Source: a virus. From it: 64,000 nucleotides of DNA. The DNA is taken from the IMG/VR virus record IMGVR_UViG_3300021963_000027, positions 1-64,000 of that record; one strand, given 5' to 3'. Within the stretch, counting starts at the first letter, position 1, and each line of letters begins with the position of its first letter. The position numbers and the translations under genes are program-made. The notes beneath the pieces were generated by a model. That model ran no database searches. It saw nothing but the letters and a program-made list of their open reading frames with translations, and was not told where the DNA came from. Positions 54,109 to 61,653 of the stretch are shown in pieces.

Positions 54109-54396
54109 ATGAAAACACAAAAAGAGATTAAATTAAAAGACGGTTCAACGCTTGCCAAAGGTCTGCCAGTATCATTCGTTGCTGGCAGTGATAGCCGATG
54201 CCTTGTGCATTCTCCCGCGCATTCTGAGCCGTTGCAAGTGCGCATCACAAGCGCGTTCAAAGCACCTTCCATGGCTTCTCTGGAACGCTGGGGAATGGAT
54301 GGCGTGTGCAAGACTCCCACGGGCAAGCGTGTCGAGCCTGATGGATACGGTTCTGATGGTAGCCCGTCATGGCTGCTGGTTTTCGGACTCATCTGA
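54109..54396 (+). CDS. hypothetical protein
   Basis: CKTPTGKRVEPDG..DGSPSWLL. Confidence 0.85.
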   Translation: MKTQKEIKLKDGSTLAKGLPVSFVAGSDSRCLVHSPAHSEPLQVRITSAFKAPSMASLERWGMDGVCKTPTGKRVEPDGYGSDGSPSWLLVFGLI

Positions 54397-54456
54397 ATCC
54401 AAGGGGGGAGCGCATCCTACACGCTCATTAAAAAACTAGACTAAACTGATTGCACC

Positions 54457-54612
54457 ATGAAAGTCTATATCTCTTACAACTGTGGTTTCGCTTGCATCCG
54501 TGAAATGGGAACTGACAAAGTTCTCCACGAACTCAAAGGCAAGCGTTCTATTGAACAGCACTTTGCTACTGGTAAAACCTATGCCAAGAAAATGGGATGG
54601 GAACTCGCATAA
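54457..54612 (+). CDS. hypothetical protein (51 aa)
   Basis: Motif-bounded. Confidence 0.65.
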   Translation: MKVYISYNCGFACIREMGTDKVLHELKGKRSIEQHFATGKTYAKKMGWELA

Positions 54613-54640
54613 TTAAAAACTAGCCTAAACTGATTGCACC

Positions 54641-54805
54641 ATGAAATACAACGTAACTAATATTCAATGGGATACCGATGGTATCCCTAACAAATCCCTT
54701 CCGACAAGCATCACCCTTGAAGTGGAAGATGAAGATGATGTGATAGATGATCTTTCCGATGAATATGGCTTTTGCATATTCTCTGCTGACATTGAAGAAG
54801 CGTAA
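54641..54805 (+). CDS. acidic hypothetical protein (54 aa)
   Basis: IQWDTDG..LSDEYGFC. Confidence 0.75.
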   Translation: MKYNVTNIQWDTDGIPNKSLPTSITLEVEDEDDVIDDLSDEYGFCIFSADIEEA

Positions 54806-54833
54806 TTAAAAACTAGCCTAAACTGATTGCACC

Positions 54834-54929
54834 ATGAAACTCGACACTAACAAATGCAAGGGACTTCCAATGGGAGTCCGCAATCGCAAGCGCACGATCC
54901 TATCCAAGATCATCCGCTGGTTCAATTAA
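54834..54929 (+). CDS. basic peptide (31 aa)
   Basis: Motif-bounded. Confidence 0.6.
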   Translation: MKLDTNKCKGLPMGVRNRKRTILSKIIRWFN

Positions 54930-54951
54930 AAAACTAGACTAAACTACTACC

Positions 54952-55254
54952 ATGTCCAACACCATCAACACCCTGTCAGGCAAGTGCGCGAAATCATTCG
55001 CGTGGAAACCATTCGCGTCCGCGACTATCGCAAAAGGTAAAATTCCCTTTGCTTTCTGGGAGTCAAACCGATCAAAACGTGAGTGCAATAGCATCACGGT
55101 GATTGAGTTCGACTCGGAGCATGAAATTTCATCATGGATCTCGGATCTCTGCTCTGGTGCAATCATTTGCGATTCCAACTATTTCTGGTGCGTCTCAGTG
55201 AATGGTAAATTCGAATCATCAAAATCTCGCTACGGTGGATACCTCAGTGCCTAA
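54952..55254 (+). CDS. hypothetical protein
   Basis: Leaderless. Confidence 0.8.
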   Translation: MSNTINTLSGKCAKSFAWKPFASATIAKGKIPFAFWESNRSKRECNSITVIEFDSEHEISSWISDLCSGAIICDSNYFWCVSVNGKFESSKSRYGGYLSA

Positions 55255-55297
55255 CGGTGCTGGGGCTTTTAAAAAACTAGACTAAACTGTTACTACC

Positions 55298-55504
55298 ATG
55301 AGACTTCAAACCATCATCAATCAATTCGCCATCACCACGCGCAAAACACGCGAGGGCAATACCATCGTGGAAGCACCCATCGGCACTGAGTATCGTCGCT
55401 TTCTTTTCAACCTTCAGGACTACGTTGTCACGGGTTGCGCTGGTGATATGGTATGGCTTAGTCCACGCCAAGGTTTCTATGGCGGTGTCCCATACGGCAA
55501 TTAA
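55298..55504 (+). CDS. hypothetical protein
   Basis: Motif-bounded. Confidence 0.8.
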   Translation: MRLQTIINQFAITTRKTREGNTIVEAPIGTEYRRFLFNLQDYVVTGCAGDMVWLSPRQGFYGGVPYGN

Positions 55505-55529
55505 AAAACTAGACTAAACTGTTACTACC

Positions 55530-55766
55530 ATGAGAAAAGGATACGGACCAACCAACGTTAGCTACCACCTCCCCCTTCAGCGTTTCACCGAGATGGTGAA
55601 GCAGGGGATCAACATCGCTCAGGGAGTCGATGACAATAACAAAGTGCTTTCCAGCACACTGCCGCAAAACCTATCGGAAAATTCAATCAAAAGAATTTTC
55701 GACGATGCGGATTGCGTCTGCTACCACGGAGGTGTTCAGATGATCATCCCCCGTCATCTTGCTTAA
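55530..55766 (+). CDS. hypothetical protein
   Basis: Motif-bounded. Confidence 0.8.
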   Translation: MRKGYGPTNVSYHLPLQRFTEMVKQGINIAQGVDDNNKVLSSTLPQNLSENSIKRIFDDADCVCYHGGVQMIIPRHLA

Positions 55767-55826
55767 AGACTAGGGGGGAGCGCATCCTACACGCTCATTA
55801 AAAAACTAGAGTAAACTGTTACTACC

Positions 55827-56039
55827 ATGATTACTGTATTGACCATCGAAGACCTTGAAACAATCATCACCAAAACGTCCCCGCGCCTTAGTGCGCTCGG
55901 AATCGTGTACGCAATCATCAATGATGATACTGATGAAGAAGTCACAAGCCGATACCCCACAATCGAGGAAGCGTGGGATGAATTTAAAAAGACTTGGGTT
56001 GTCGGGACGTTCACCGTTCTCACAATCTTTAGATCCTGA
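55827..56039 (+). CDS. hypothetical protein
   Basis: Motif-bounded. Confidence 0.8.
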   Translation: MITVLTIEDLETIITKTSPRLSALGIVYAIINDDTDEEVTSRYPTIEEAWDEFKKTWVVGTFTVLTIFRS

Positions 56040-56068
56040 TTAAAAAACTAGAGTAAACTGTTACTACC

Positions 56069-56305
56069 ATGAATACTACCACTGCTACCACCGCCACCGC
56101 CAAGAACTTCATCGTTGCCTTCCACGACTGGCAAGGCAATCGCCATACAGTTCAAGTCAAAGCTTCCGATAAAACGTCCGCATACGATGCGGCGTGGCAA
56201 TGGATTGAAGAGAATCGCGGCGACCAACTGGAAATTGAATTTGCGGGTGTTAAAGAGATTGTCTATCTCAAAGACATCATCGCAGAAGCACTGGCTGCAA
56301 ATTAA
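56069..56305 (+). CDS. hypothetical protein
   Basis: Motif-bounded. Confidence 0.8.
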   Translation: MNTTTATTATAKNFIVAFHDWQGNRHTVQVKASDKTSAYDAAWQWIEENRGDQLEIEFAGVKEIVYLKDIIAEALAAN

Positions 56306-56327
56306 AAAACTAGAGTAAAATAGCTCT

Positions 56328-56420
56328 GTCAACCCCTTCCAACTATCGCGAAGGGTCAACCTGAACCATCAACTACCCCGTCTCTCCCGACCACAGGGAG
56401 GGGCGGGGCAACCAATCTGC
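56328..56420 (+). ncRNA. ORF-less M-promoter cassette with two hairpins
   Basis: No ATG; CCCTT/AAGGG and 13-bp GC stem 56376-56408. Confidence 0.45.
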
Positions 56421-56451
56421 TTTTAAAAAACTAGAGTAGACTGCTACTACC

Positions 56452-56670
56452 ATGAATTACATCACTCCAGAATACGACTTCACAGGACGCTGCACTCCAT
56501 CGGAGGAAGCACAACGCAAGGAAGCGCAAGCGTTCGCCGCCTATCGCGAAAAGGAAGAAGCTAAAAAATTCAAGGTGCGCGATGCCTTCGGGTTCTCCCG
56601 CTACGCCACCTTGGAAGAAGCGCAAGCGTTCGCCGCCACCCTCAAGAATGCAGAGATCATCATCCTATAA
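56452..56670 (+). CDS. hypothetical protein with internal repeat EEAQRK/AFAA
   Basis: Motif-bounded. Confidence 0.75.
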   Translation: MNYITPEYDFTGRCTPSEEAQRKEAQAFAAYREKEEAKKFKVRDAFGFSRYATLEEAQAFAATLKNAEIIIL

Positions 56671-56699
56671 TTAAAAAACTAGAGTAAACTGATTACGCC

Positions 56700-56909
56700 A
56701 TGAATGAAATTACTGCTGACGAGGCACTTGCCCAAATTCGCTCCATGTCCGATAGAGAGTTAGTTGCTTTCTGGAATGTCTTGCAATTCTCTTCCCGTAT
56801 GGTAGGGAGCGGTCGCGACACTTTCAGAGAACCACTGGTTTCTCTTGTCATGAGTGAGCGCAAAATCCCTCATGAGATTGGGAAGCGAACTCTAACATCT
56901 AACATCTAA
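56700..56909 (+). CDS. hypothetical protein
   Basis: Motif-bounded. Confidence 0.75.
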   Translation: MNEITADEALAQIRSMSDRELVAFWNVLQFSSRMVGSGRDTFREPLVSLVMSERKIPHEIGKRTLTSNI

Positions 56910-56942
56910 CATCTAACGCCCACGGTCTAACAGATCGTGGGC
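56891..56942 (+). repeat. 52-bp direct repeat copy 1: (TCTAACA)3 + hairpin
   Basis: Identical to 58097-58148. Confidence 0.9.
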
Positions 56943-56969
56943 TTTTAAAAACTAGAGCAAACTGTTGCC

Positions 56970-58094
56970 ATGCCTACTACCAATACTACCACTGCTACCA
57001 TCCCCGCCTCCGCCCGTGCAGCATTCATCGCTGCCCTCGTCAAACTCAATCGTCGCGCTGCTCGCTTGGGCTGCGCACCACTGACAATCGTATCGACAGT
57101 CGATACGATCGTGGAGATCGACAGAGTGAAGTTCCCTGCGCTCCGTCTCGAAATCGCAGGTACAACACCAACTTTTTCAGGTTGGACGTTTGCCGCCTCT
57201 GTCGAAGCACTTGACACTGGAAAAAACATCTTCCATGGTGCTAGCGACATCCCTGCGCGATTCGCTAGCACTGGTCACGCCTGTGAGCATTGCAACCAAA
57301 ATCGCAAGCGCAACTCCAGCTTCATCTTGAGCCATGAAGCAGGTGACTACAAGCAGGTTGGTTCGACCTGCATCAACGACTTCCTCGGTGGTAATCACTT
57401 GCCAGTGTTCAATTTCCTCTCGAATGCGCGTGAGATTCTCAGCGAGTTTGAGAGCTTCGCAAACGCTACCATTGACAGCGTGAGCGTGATCACCACCCTC
57501 GTGGCATCCGCCGCCACGATTCGAGAGCATGGCTTCGCGAAGAAAACAGGATGGGATGGTGAAGGTGCGCGTCCCACGGCATCTCTCGTCGAATCGTTTC
57601 TTTTGGACGTTCGCAACCCTAAGCGTTTCGTTCCTGACATCACGGAAAACGATGAGGCGAAAGCAGAAGCCGTTCGCGCTTGGTTGGTCAACCACGAAGG
57701 AACGCAAAGCGATTACCTGCAAAAGCTGATCGACTTGGCAGCAGCAACACGGGTGTCATCTCGAAACATCGGTATCCTCGCATCGTCCATCGCCGCCTAT
57801 GATCGCGAGTTAGAGCGCAAAGCACAAGTCCTTGCCAGTCCTTCCAATCACGTTGGAACGGTGGGCAAGCGTGAGTCGTTCACCGTCTCTCTCACTGGTT
57901 GCAAGGTGCTTCCCGACTATGGCTATGGTTGCTCAAATCTCTATTCATTCAAGGACGAAAACGGCAACATCCTGAAGTGGAAAACACAAGCGCAACTCGA
58001 ACGCACTGGCACGTTCCAGATCACTGGAACGGTGAAATCACACGGTGCGTGGAACGGCGTGAGTGAAACCGAACTGACTCGGTGCAAAGTCTAA
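56970..58094 (+). CDS. 374-aa protein with CxxC Zn motif and C-terminal OB-fold-like region
   Basis: CEHCNQNRKRN..VGSTC; HVGTVGKRESF..FKDENGNILKW..ITGTVKSH. Confidence 0.8.
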   Translation: MPTTNTTTATIPASARAAFIAALVKLNRRAARLGCAPLTIVSTVDTIVEIDRVKFPALRLEIAGTTPTFSGWTFAASVEALDTGKNIFHGASDIPARFASTGHACEHCNQNRKRNSSFILSHEAGDYKQVGSTCINDFLGGNHLPVFNFLSNAREILSEFESFANATIDSVSVITTLVASAATIREHGFAKKTGWDGEGARPTASLVESFLLDVRNPKRFVPDITENDEAKAEAVRAWLVNHEGTQSDYLQKLIDLAAATRVSSRNIGILASSIAAYDRELERKAQVLASPSNHVGTVGKRESFTVSLTGCKVLPDYGYGCSNLYSFKDENGNILKWKTQAQLERTGTFQITGTVKSHGAWNGVSETELTRCKV

Positions 58095-58159
58095 CATCTA
58101 ACATCTAACATCTAACATCTAACGCCCACGGTCTAACAGATCGTGGGCGTTTTTTTTTT
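58090..58159 (+). terminator. direct repeat copy 2 with intrinsic terminator
   Basis: AACGCCCACG-loop-CGTGGGCGTT plus long T tract. Confidence 0.85.
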
Positions 58160-58164
58160 GCGTA

Positions 58165-58390
58165 CTGGTAGTCTAGTTTTTTAATTCAACTTTTTAAAAA
58201 CTAGGGGGGTCTGTTTGGATTTGCTTTAGTTTTTAAAAACTAGGGTAGGGGGGGTGTATGCCATGGCTAAATAATTTTTTATATAATTCTTGGAAATTCG
58301 CCCATTGAAAAAAATTTTTTTTATATGAAATTTTCCAATTTTCCTATATTCGCGCCCTCCTCAAAAAATTTTTTTTGGTATTTTTTAGCG
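58165..58390. other. strand-switch junction with inverted/palindromic motif copies, G-runs and A/T palindromes
   Basis: TAGTCTAGTTTTTTAATT (inverted motif), TAGTTTTTAAAAACTA palindrome, AAAAAATTTTTT blocks. Confidence 0.6.
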
Positions 58391-58392
58391 AA

Positions 58393-59247
58393 TCACATAA
58401 TGGACATTGTTCTCATATGCTTACCGATCATGACATTGAACATTTCATCTAGAGCATATTTAAATTGATTAATATATTCCCAAGCTTCGTCTTCATCTTC
58501 CAATCGATAATTACGTGCTGTCGATTTACCCCATGCTTGTTTGTTACTGTCTTGTAGAATTTTTGGGGGATCATTGAAGTCCAATTCTCCATCATGTAGT
58601 AACCAATAGGCAAATGCTTCGTGATAGAATTCTGCGGGTCTTACGAGCTTACCCATTCTTGCGCTACGGAACTTACCGATCTTTTGGAAGAAGTCTCTTA
58701 CATAATAATCAGATGAATAGCGTAAATCTCTGGAATTACTTGTGTTTATATTATAAGCTTGTTCAAAAAGATTTTTAAGGATGTTTGATATATTTCTATT
58801 AATATAATTTAAATCATTATTCCTTCTAAATGTTGCTGCAAAGCTATGACCGATTCTATGAGCGATTGTCCATGGAGTCAGAGGGACTTTTTCTGCTGCT
58901 GCGTTATTGGTGAAGAATACTGTGATTTGGTCGTTCTGTGGTTCGGGAAAATCTTTACCTACTTCCAGACCCAAATGTTCTTTTACAAATTCGGGAGTCA
59001 CTAGACCTTTTTCTGCTTCTTTCCATGCATTAGGTAACTTTACGAAATATAAATTAAAATCCCAATTACCAATTCTATTGAAAGTATTTTCCAATTTCTT
59101 CAGACCAGCAGGAGATGACAAAATACCAATGGATGCTTTGTCATAACCGTGTCTGTTCTTTCTGTCCTCCCACTTTCCAATCTTTTGGAGATTGGTCAGA
59201 GCCATTTCTTGGTAGATTTGTTGTAGGGAGATTTCGTCTCTATTCAT
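58393..59247 (-). CDS. hypothetical protein, late-type promoter
   Basis: TAAATA 5 nt upstream; N-term MNRDEISLQQIYQEM. Confidence 0.85.
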   Translation of the reverse strand: MNRDEISLQQIYQEMALTNLQKIGKWEDRKNRHGYDKASIGILSSPAGLKKLENTFNRIGNWDFNLYFVKLPNAWKEAEKGLVTPEFVKEHLGLEVGKDFPEPQNDQITVFFTNNAAAEKVPLTPWTIAHRIGHSFAATFRRNNDLNYINRNISNILKNLFEQAYNINTSNSRDLRYSSDYYVRDFFQKIGKFRSARMGKLVRPAEFYHEAFAYWLLHDGELDFNDPPKILQDSNKQAWGKSTARNYRLEDEDEAWEYINQFKYALDEMFNVMIGKHMRTMSIM

Positions 59248-59286
59248 TCTATTATTTAATCAATAGACCATTCGACTTCTTTTATT

Positions 59287-60390
59287 TTAAGGGAATATGT
59301 CTTCTTGGTGAAAGAAATAGTAAATTGCTGCTTGGGAGATAATTAAGATAATGAATGCTGCAATGACCCATCCCGTAGGAATCAGGAAATCTGTGTCTTT
59401 ATACATTGTCCATTCATGGGATTGGAAGTCTTTGCGGACAATCGCTTTCAATTCTTTTAGGATATCATCGTTTACGGGATTTGTTAAGAACAGAGTTTGG
59501 ATATTTTGTTTCACCAATTCACTCTTAGACCAACCAAAGACATAGCACCAATCAGCGGAAGCGTTTTTAGTCCCTCCATGACAGATCACCAGATCATTCT
59601 TTTTACCGTTTTGCCAGTGAGCCTGAATATATTTCGCCTTTTCAATGCTATCTGTCTTTACTAGAATGAGGTTGACATGTTTCTGCGGTCCGAGCGCACT
59701 ATTCATTTTGTCCCAATTCCAGATATCAATGGCAGTGTCACCGATGATTCTCGATGAACTGAACGTGGCATTGTCGGGATAATTTGGTAGTCCCATTTTT
59801 TGAGCCTCTTCTTTGGAGATCTTTTGATAATTATGTAGTGTTTTACTATTTTTCAGAGGGTTCATCCATGTTCTGATTTTCGTTACAGGGTAATCACAAA
59901 ATTCAGGATCATCATTCACATAGGAAATATAATCGTTTCTATCACCGCTATCATAATCAGGACGATAACCCTTTTCTACGGAGATTCCGTGTTTCTCCGA
60001 GATTTGATCAAAGAACCAAGGCTCGATATCATACCTACCCAAAGTCGTTTCCACCCACCATTTGGGGTAATGTGTCTCCCGTTTTGTTTCAGGGACTGTG
60101 TATGATGTGGTGTTGCCTTTGCTGTCAGTAGAATAATGTGTTACCAATTCTATCCACTCTGCTTCCCACTTGGGAATATGAACTGCTTTTTCAACCTTTC
60201 CTGAATGAGTCTCTGTATCTCTTTGATTGGAACACTTCGACAAACCCAAGACCATCGAAATTGTTACCAGAGCAGCGGCGATTCCCACACCGCTTTCTCT
60301 GATATCAATCGTATGGAATTTAATCCATGCGAAAACCCCCGCCGCAACGGGGATAATCATCAATAAGAATAACCAATATCCGAATGTCAT
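59287..60390 (-). CDS. membrane protein (2 N-terminal + 1 C-terminal TM)
   Basis: Hydrophobic segments; coupled to upstream ORF. Confidence 0.85.
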   Translation of the reverse strand: MTFGYWLFLLMIIPVAAGVFAWIKFHTIDIRESGVGIAAALVTISMVLGLSKCSNQRDTETHSGKVEKAVHIPKWEAEWIELVTHYSTDSKGNTTSYTVPETKRETHYPKWWVETTLGRYDIEPWFFDQISEKHGISVEKGYRPDYDSGDRNDYISYVNDDPEFCDYPVTKIRTWMNPLKNSKTLHNYQKISKEEAQKMGLPNYPDNATFSSSRIIGDTAIDIWNWDKMNSALGPQKHVNLILVKTDSIEKAKYIQAHWQNGKKNDLVICHGGTKNASADWCYVFGWSKSELVKQNIQTLFLTNPVNDDILKELKAIVRKDFQSHEWTMYKDTDFLIPTGWVIAAFIILIISQAAIYYFFHQEDIFP

Positions 60391-60950
60391 TACTTGATCC
60401 AGTTGGAGTTATCTTCCCCTGTTTGGAAATTCTCTTTGGTTTCCGCACTTGTCACGATCACGACTTGGATTTCCTGTTTACCAAACATCTTGAGAATGAT
60501 GCCTGATGGGAATTGAGTGATCATATCGTCTCCTTGTCTTTTGATTTCCAAAAGACGGGTTTGAGAGAATTGCCAATCCTTACGACCAGCCACAATGATA
60601 TTCTGTAGATTAGTCAAAGTCTTGACTTCCGTAATCGTCGGAACCGCTTCTTGAACCATACCCACAGTCACCAATTGACCTTCTCCTGCTGTGTTACCCC
60701 CTCTTGCCTGAGCATAACCAGTAATAATATTCGTCAGAGCTTCCACTTCCTTATCGGATACAGATGCTGCTTCTCGAATCGCCTTTCGTGTATTATCCAA
60801 CACGTTCTTATTATCTTCCTGTGTAGCTTTCGCCAAATTCTCCAATTTCGTGTAGCCATTGAAGCTACCGATAGCGGAGAACAAGAAGATAAGACCAAGG
60901 AAGACAATACTTCCACCTGCAACCAATGATGTAATTAATGTTTTATTCAT
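60390..60950 (-). CDS. LemA-like membrane-anchored protein
   Basis: N-terminal TM followed by helical domain, ending FPSGIILKMFG. Confidence 0.6.
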   Translation of the reverse strand: MNKTLITSLVAGGSIVFLGLIFLFSAIGSFNGYTKLENLAKATQEDNKNVLDNTRKAIREAASVSDKEVEALTNIITGYAQARGGNTAGEGQLVTVGMVQEAVPTITEVKTLTNLQNIIVAGRKDWQFSQTRLLEIKRQGDDMITQFPSGIILKMFGKQEIQVVIVTSAETKENFQTGEDNSNWIK

Positions 60951-60983
60951 TTCGCAAGTATCTTACCCTATTTTTTTATTTTG

Positions 60984-61373
60984 TCAATAGGGTTGCCATT
61001 CCCAATCACCGTTTTTCATTTCCCAACAATTACTCAAAAATGTTTCTCGGTATGCCGAGTGATTACCCTTTTCAATAATAACATCATCTGTATTAATAGC
61101 GTATTTTGTCCAATCTCCATCAATATTTTTAATATTTACAATATCCCATAAACGATTTTCTATTTCCACTGTCTCCATCTGTCCTTTATTCCTACGCATT
61201 TGGGGTACGATAATTTTGAGTAATTCCGTATCCTCCGACTTCAAAAAATGTCGTTCCCAATTCTCAAAAAGAGTCGCAAGATACAATCTTTCAAATTCGC
61301 TCAATTCGGGAGTGACATCATCTCTGTAATCCAACACCTTTTTCCATTTTTTCAATAATTCGTCGCTCGACAT
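60984..61373 (-). CDS. protein resembling N-terminal propeptide of T4-type major capsid gp23
   Basis: ELLKKWKKVLDY..ATLFEN. Confidence 0.55.
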   Translation of the reverse strand: MSSDELLKKWKKVLDYRDDVTPELSEFERLYLATLFENWERHFLKSEDTELLKIIVPQMRRNKGQMETVEIENRLWDIVNIKNIDGDWTKYAINTDDVIIEKGNHSAYRETFLSNCWEMKNGDWEWQPY

Positions 61374-61445
61374 AGAAAAATATTACTCCATTTTTTATTT
61401 TTGTCAACCCCTTGACTTATTTAAAAACTAGAATACAATCAGAAC

Positions 61446-61640
61446 ATGAAAGACAGATATACATTATACACAGAACCTAATGGAGATCGATGGATTTCCG
61501 CTCCCATAAATGGGGGAGACATTGGTGATCTTTCTGATATCGTGGAAGAACTCAACATGCTTTACAATAAAAACAAAGCATATGCAAAAATAATTGAATC
61601 ATACGAGAAAAGACTTGACAAATCGGAATCTCGTGATTAA
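61446..61640 (+). CDS. hypothetical protein
   Basis: Leaderless after TTGACT-N16-TACAAT M-promoter. Confidence 0.8.
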   Translation: MKDRYTLYTEPNGDRWISAPINGGDIGDLSDIVEELNMLYNKNKAYAKIIESYEKRLDKSESRD

Positions 61641-61653
61641 ATACTTACTCAAT

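Larger units (their letters stand above)
1545..61445 (+). promoter_or_regulatory. Dispersed family of about 100 M-promoter motifs, TTAAAAA(A)CTAGRN-TAnnnT-N6-+1
   Basis: Examples: 9572-9595 AAAAAACTAGAATACAATCGGTGC-ATG; 29557; 49922; 55503. The -10 hexamer is TACAAT/TACACT/TATACT/TAGAAT/TAAACT; the 7th nt after it is nearly always a purine preceded by a pyrimidine. Confidence 0.9.

Noticed and set aside
1121-57722. Numerous minus-strand and off-frame ORFs in the track
   Set aside because: Shadows of densely packed + strand genes, with no promoter or recognisable motifs
1545-58250. CRISPR array interpretation of the repeated motif
   Set aside because: Inter-repeat segments are 100-1800 bp intact ORFs of variable length, repeats are short and degenerate, and no cas genes are present
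1545-58250. Classical integron
   Set aside because: No tyrosine recombinase in the window and no attC R/L box palindromes; only the analogy is kept
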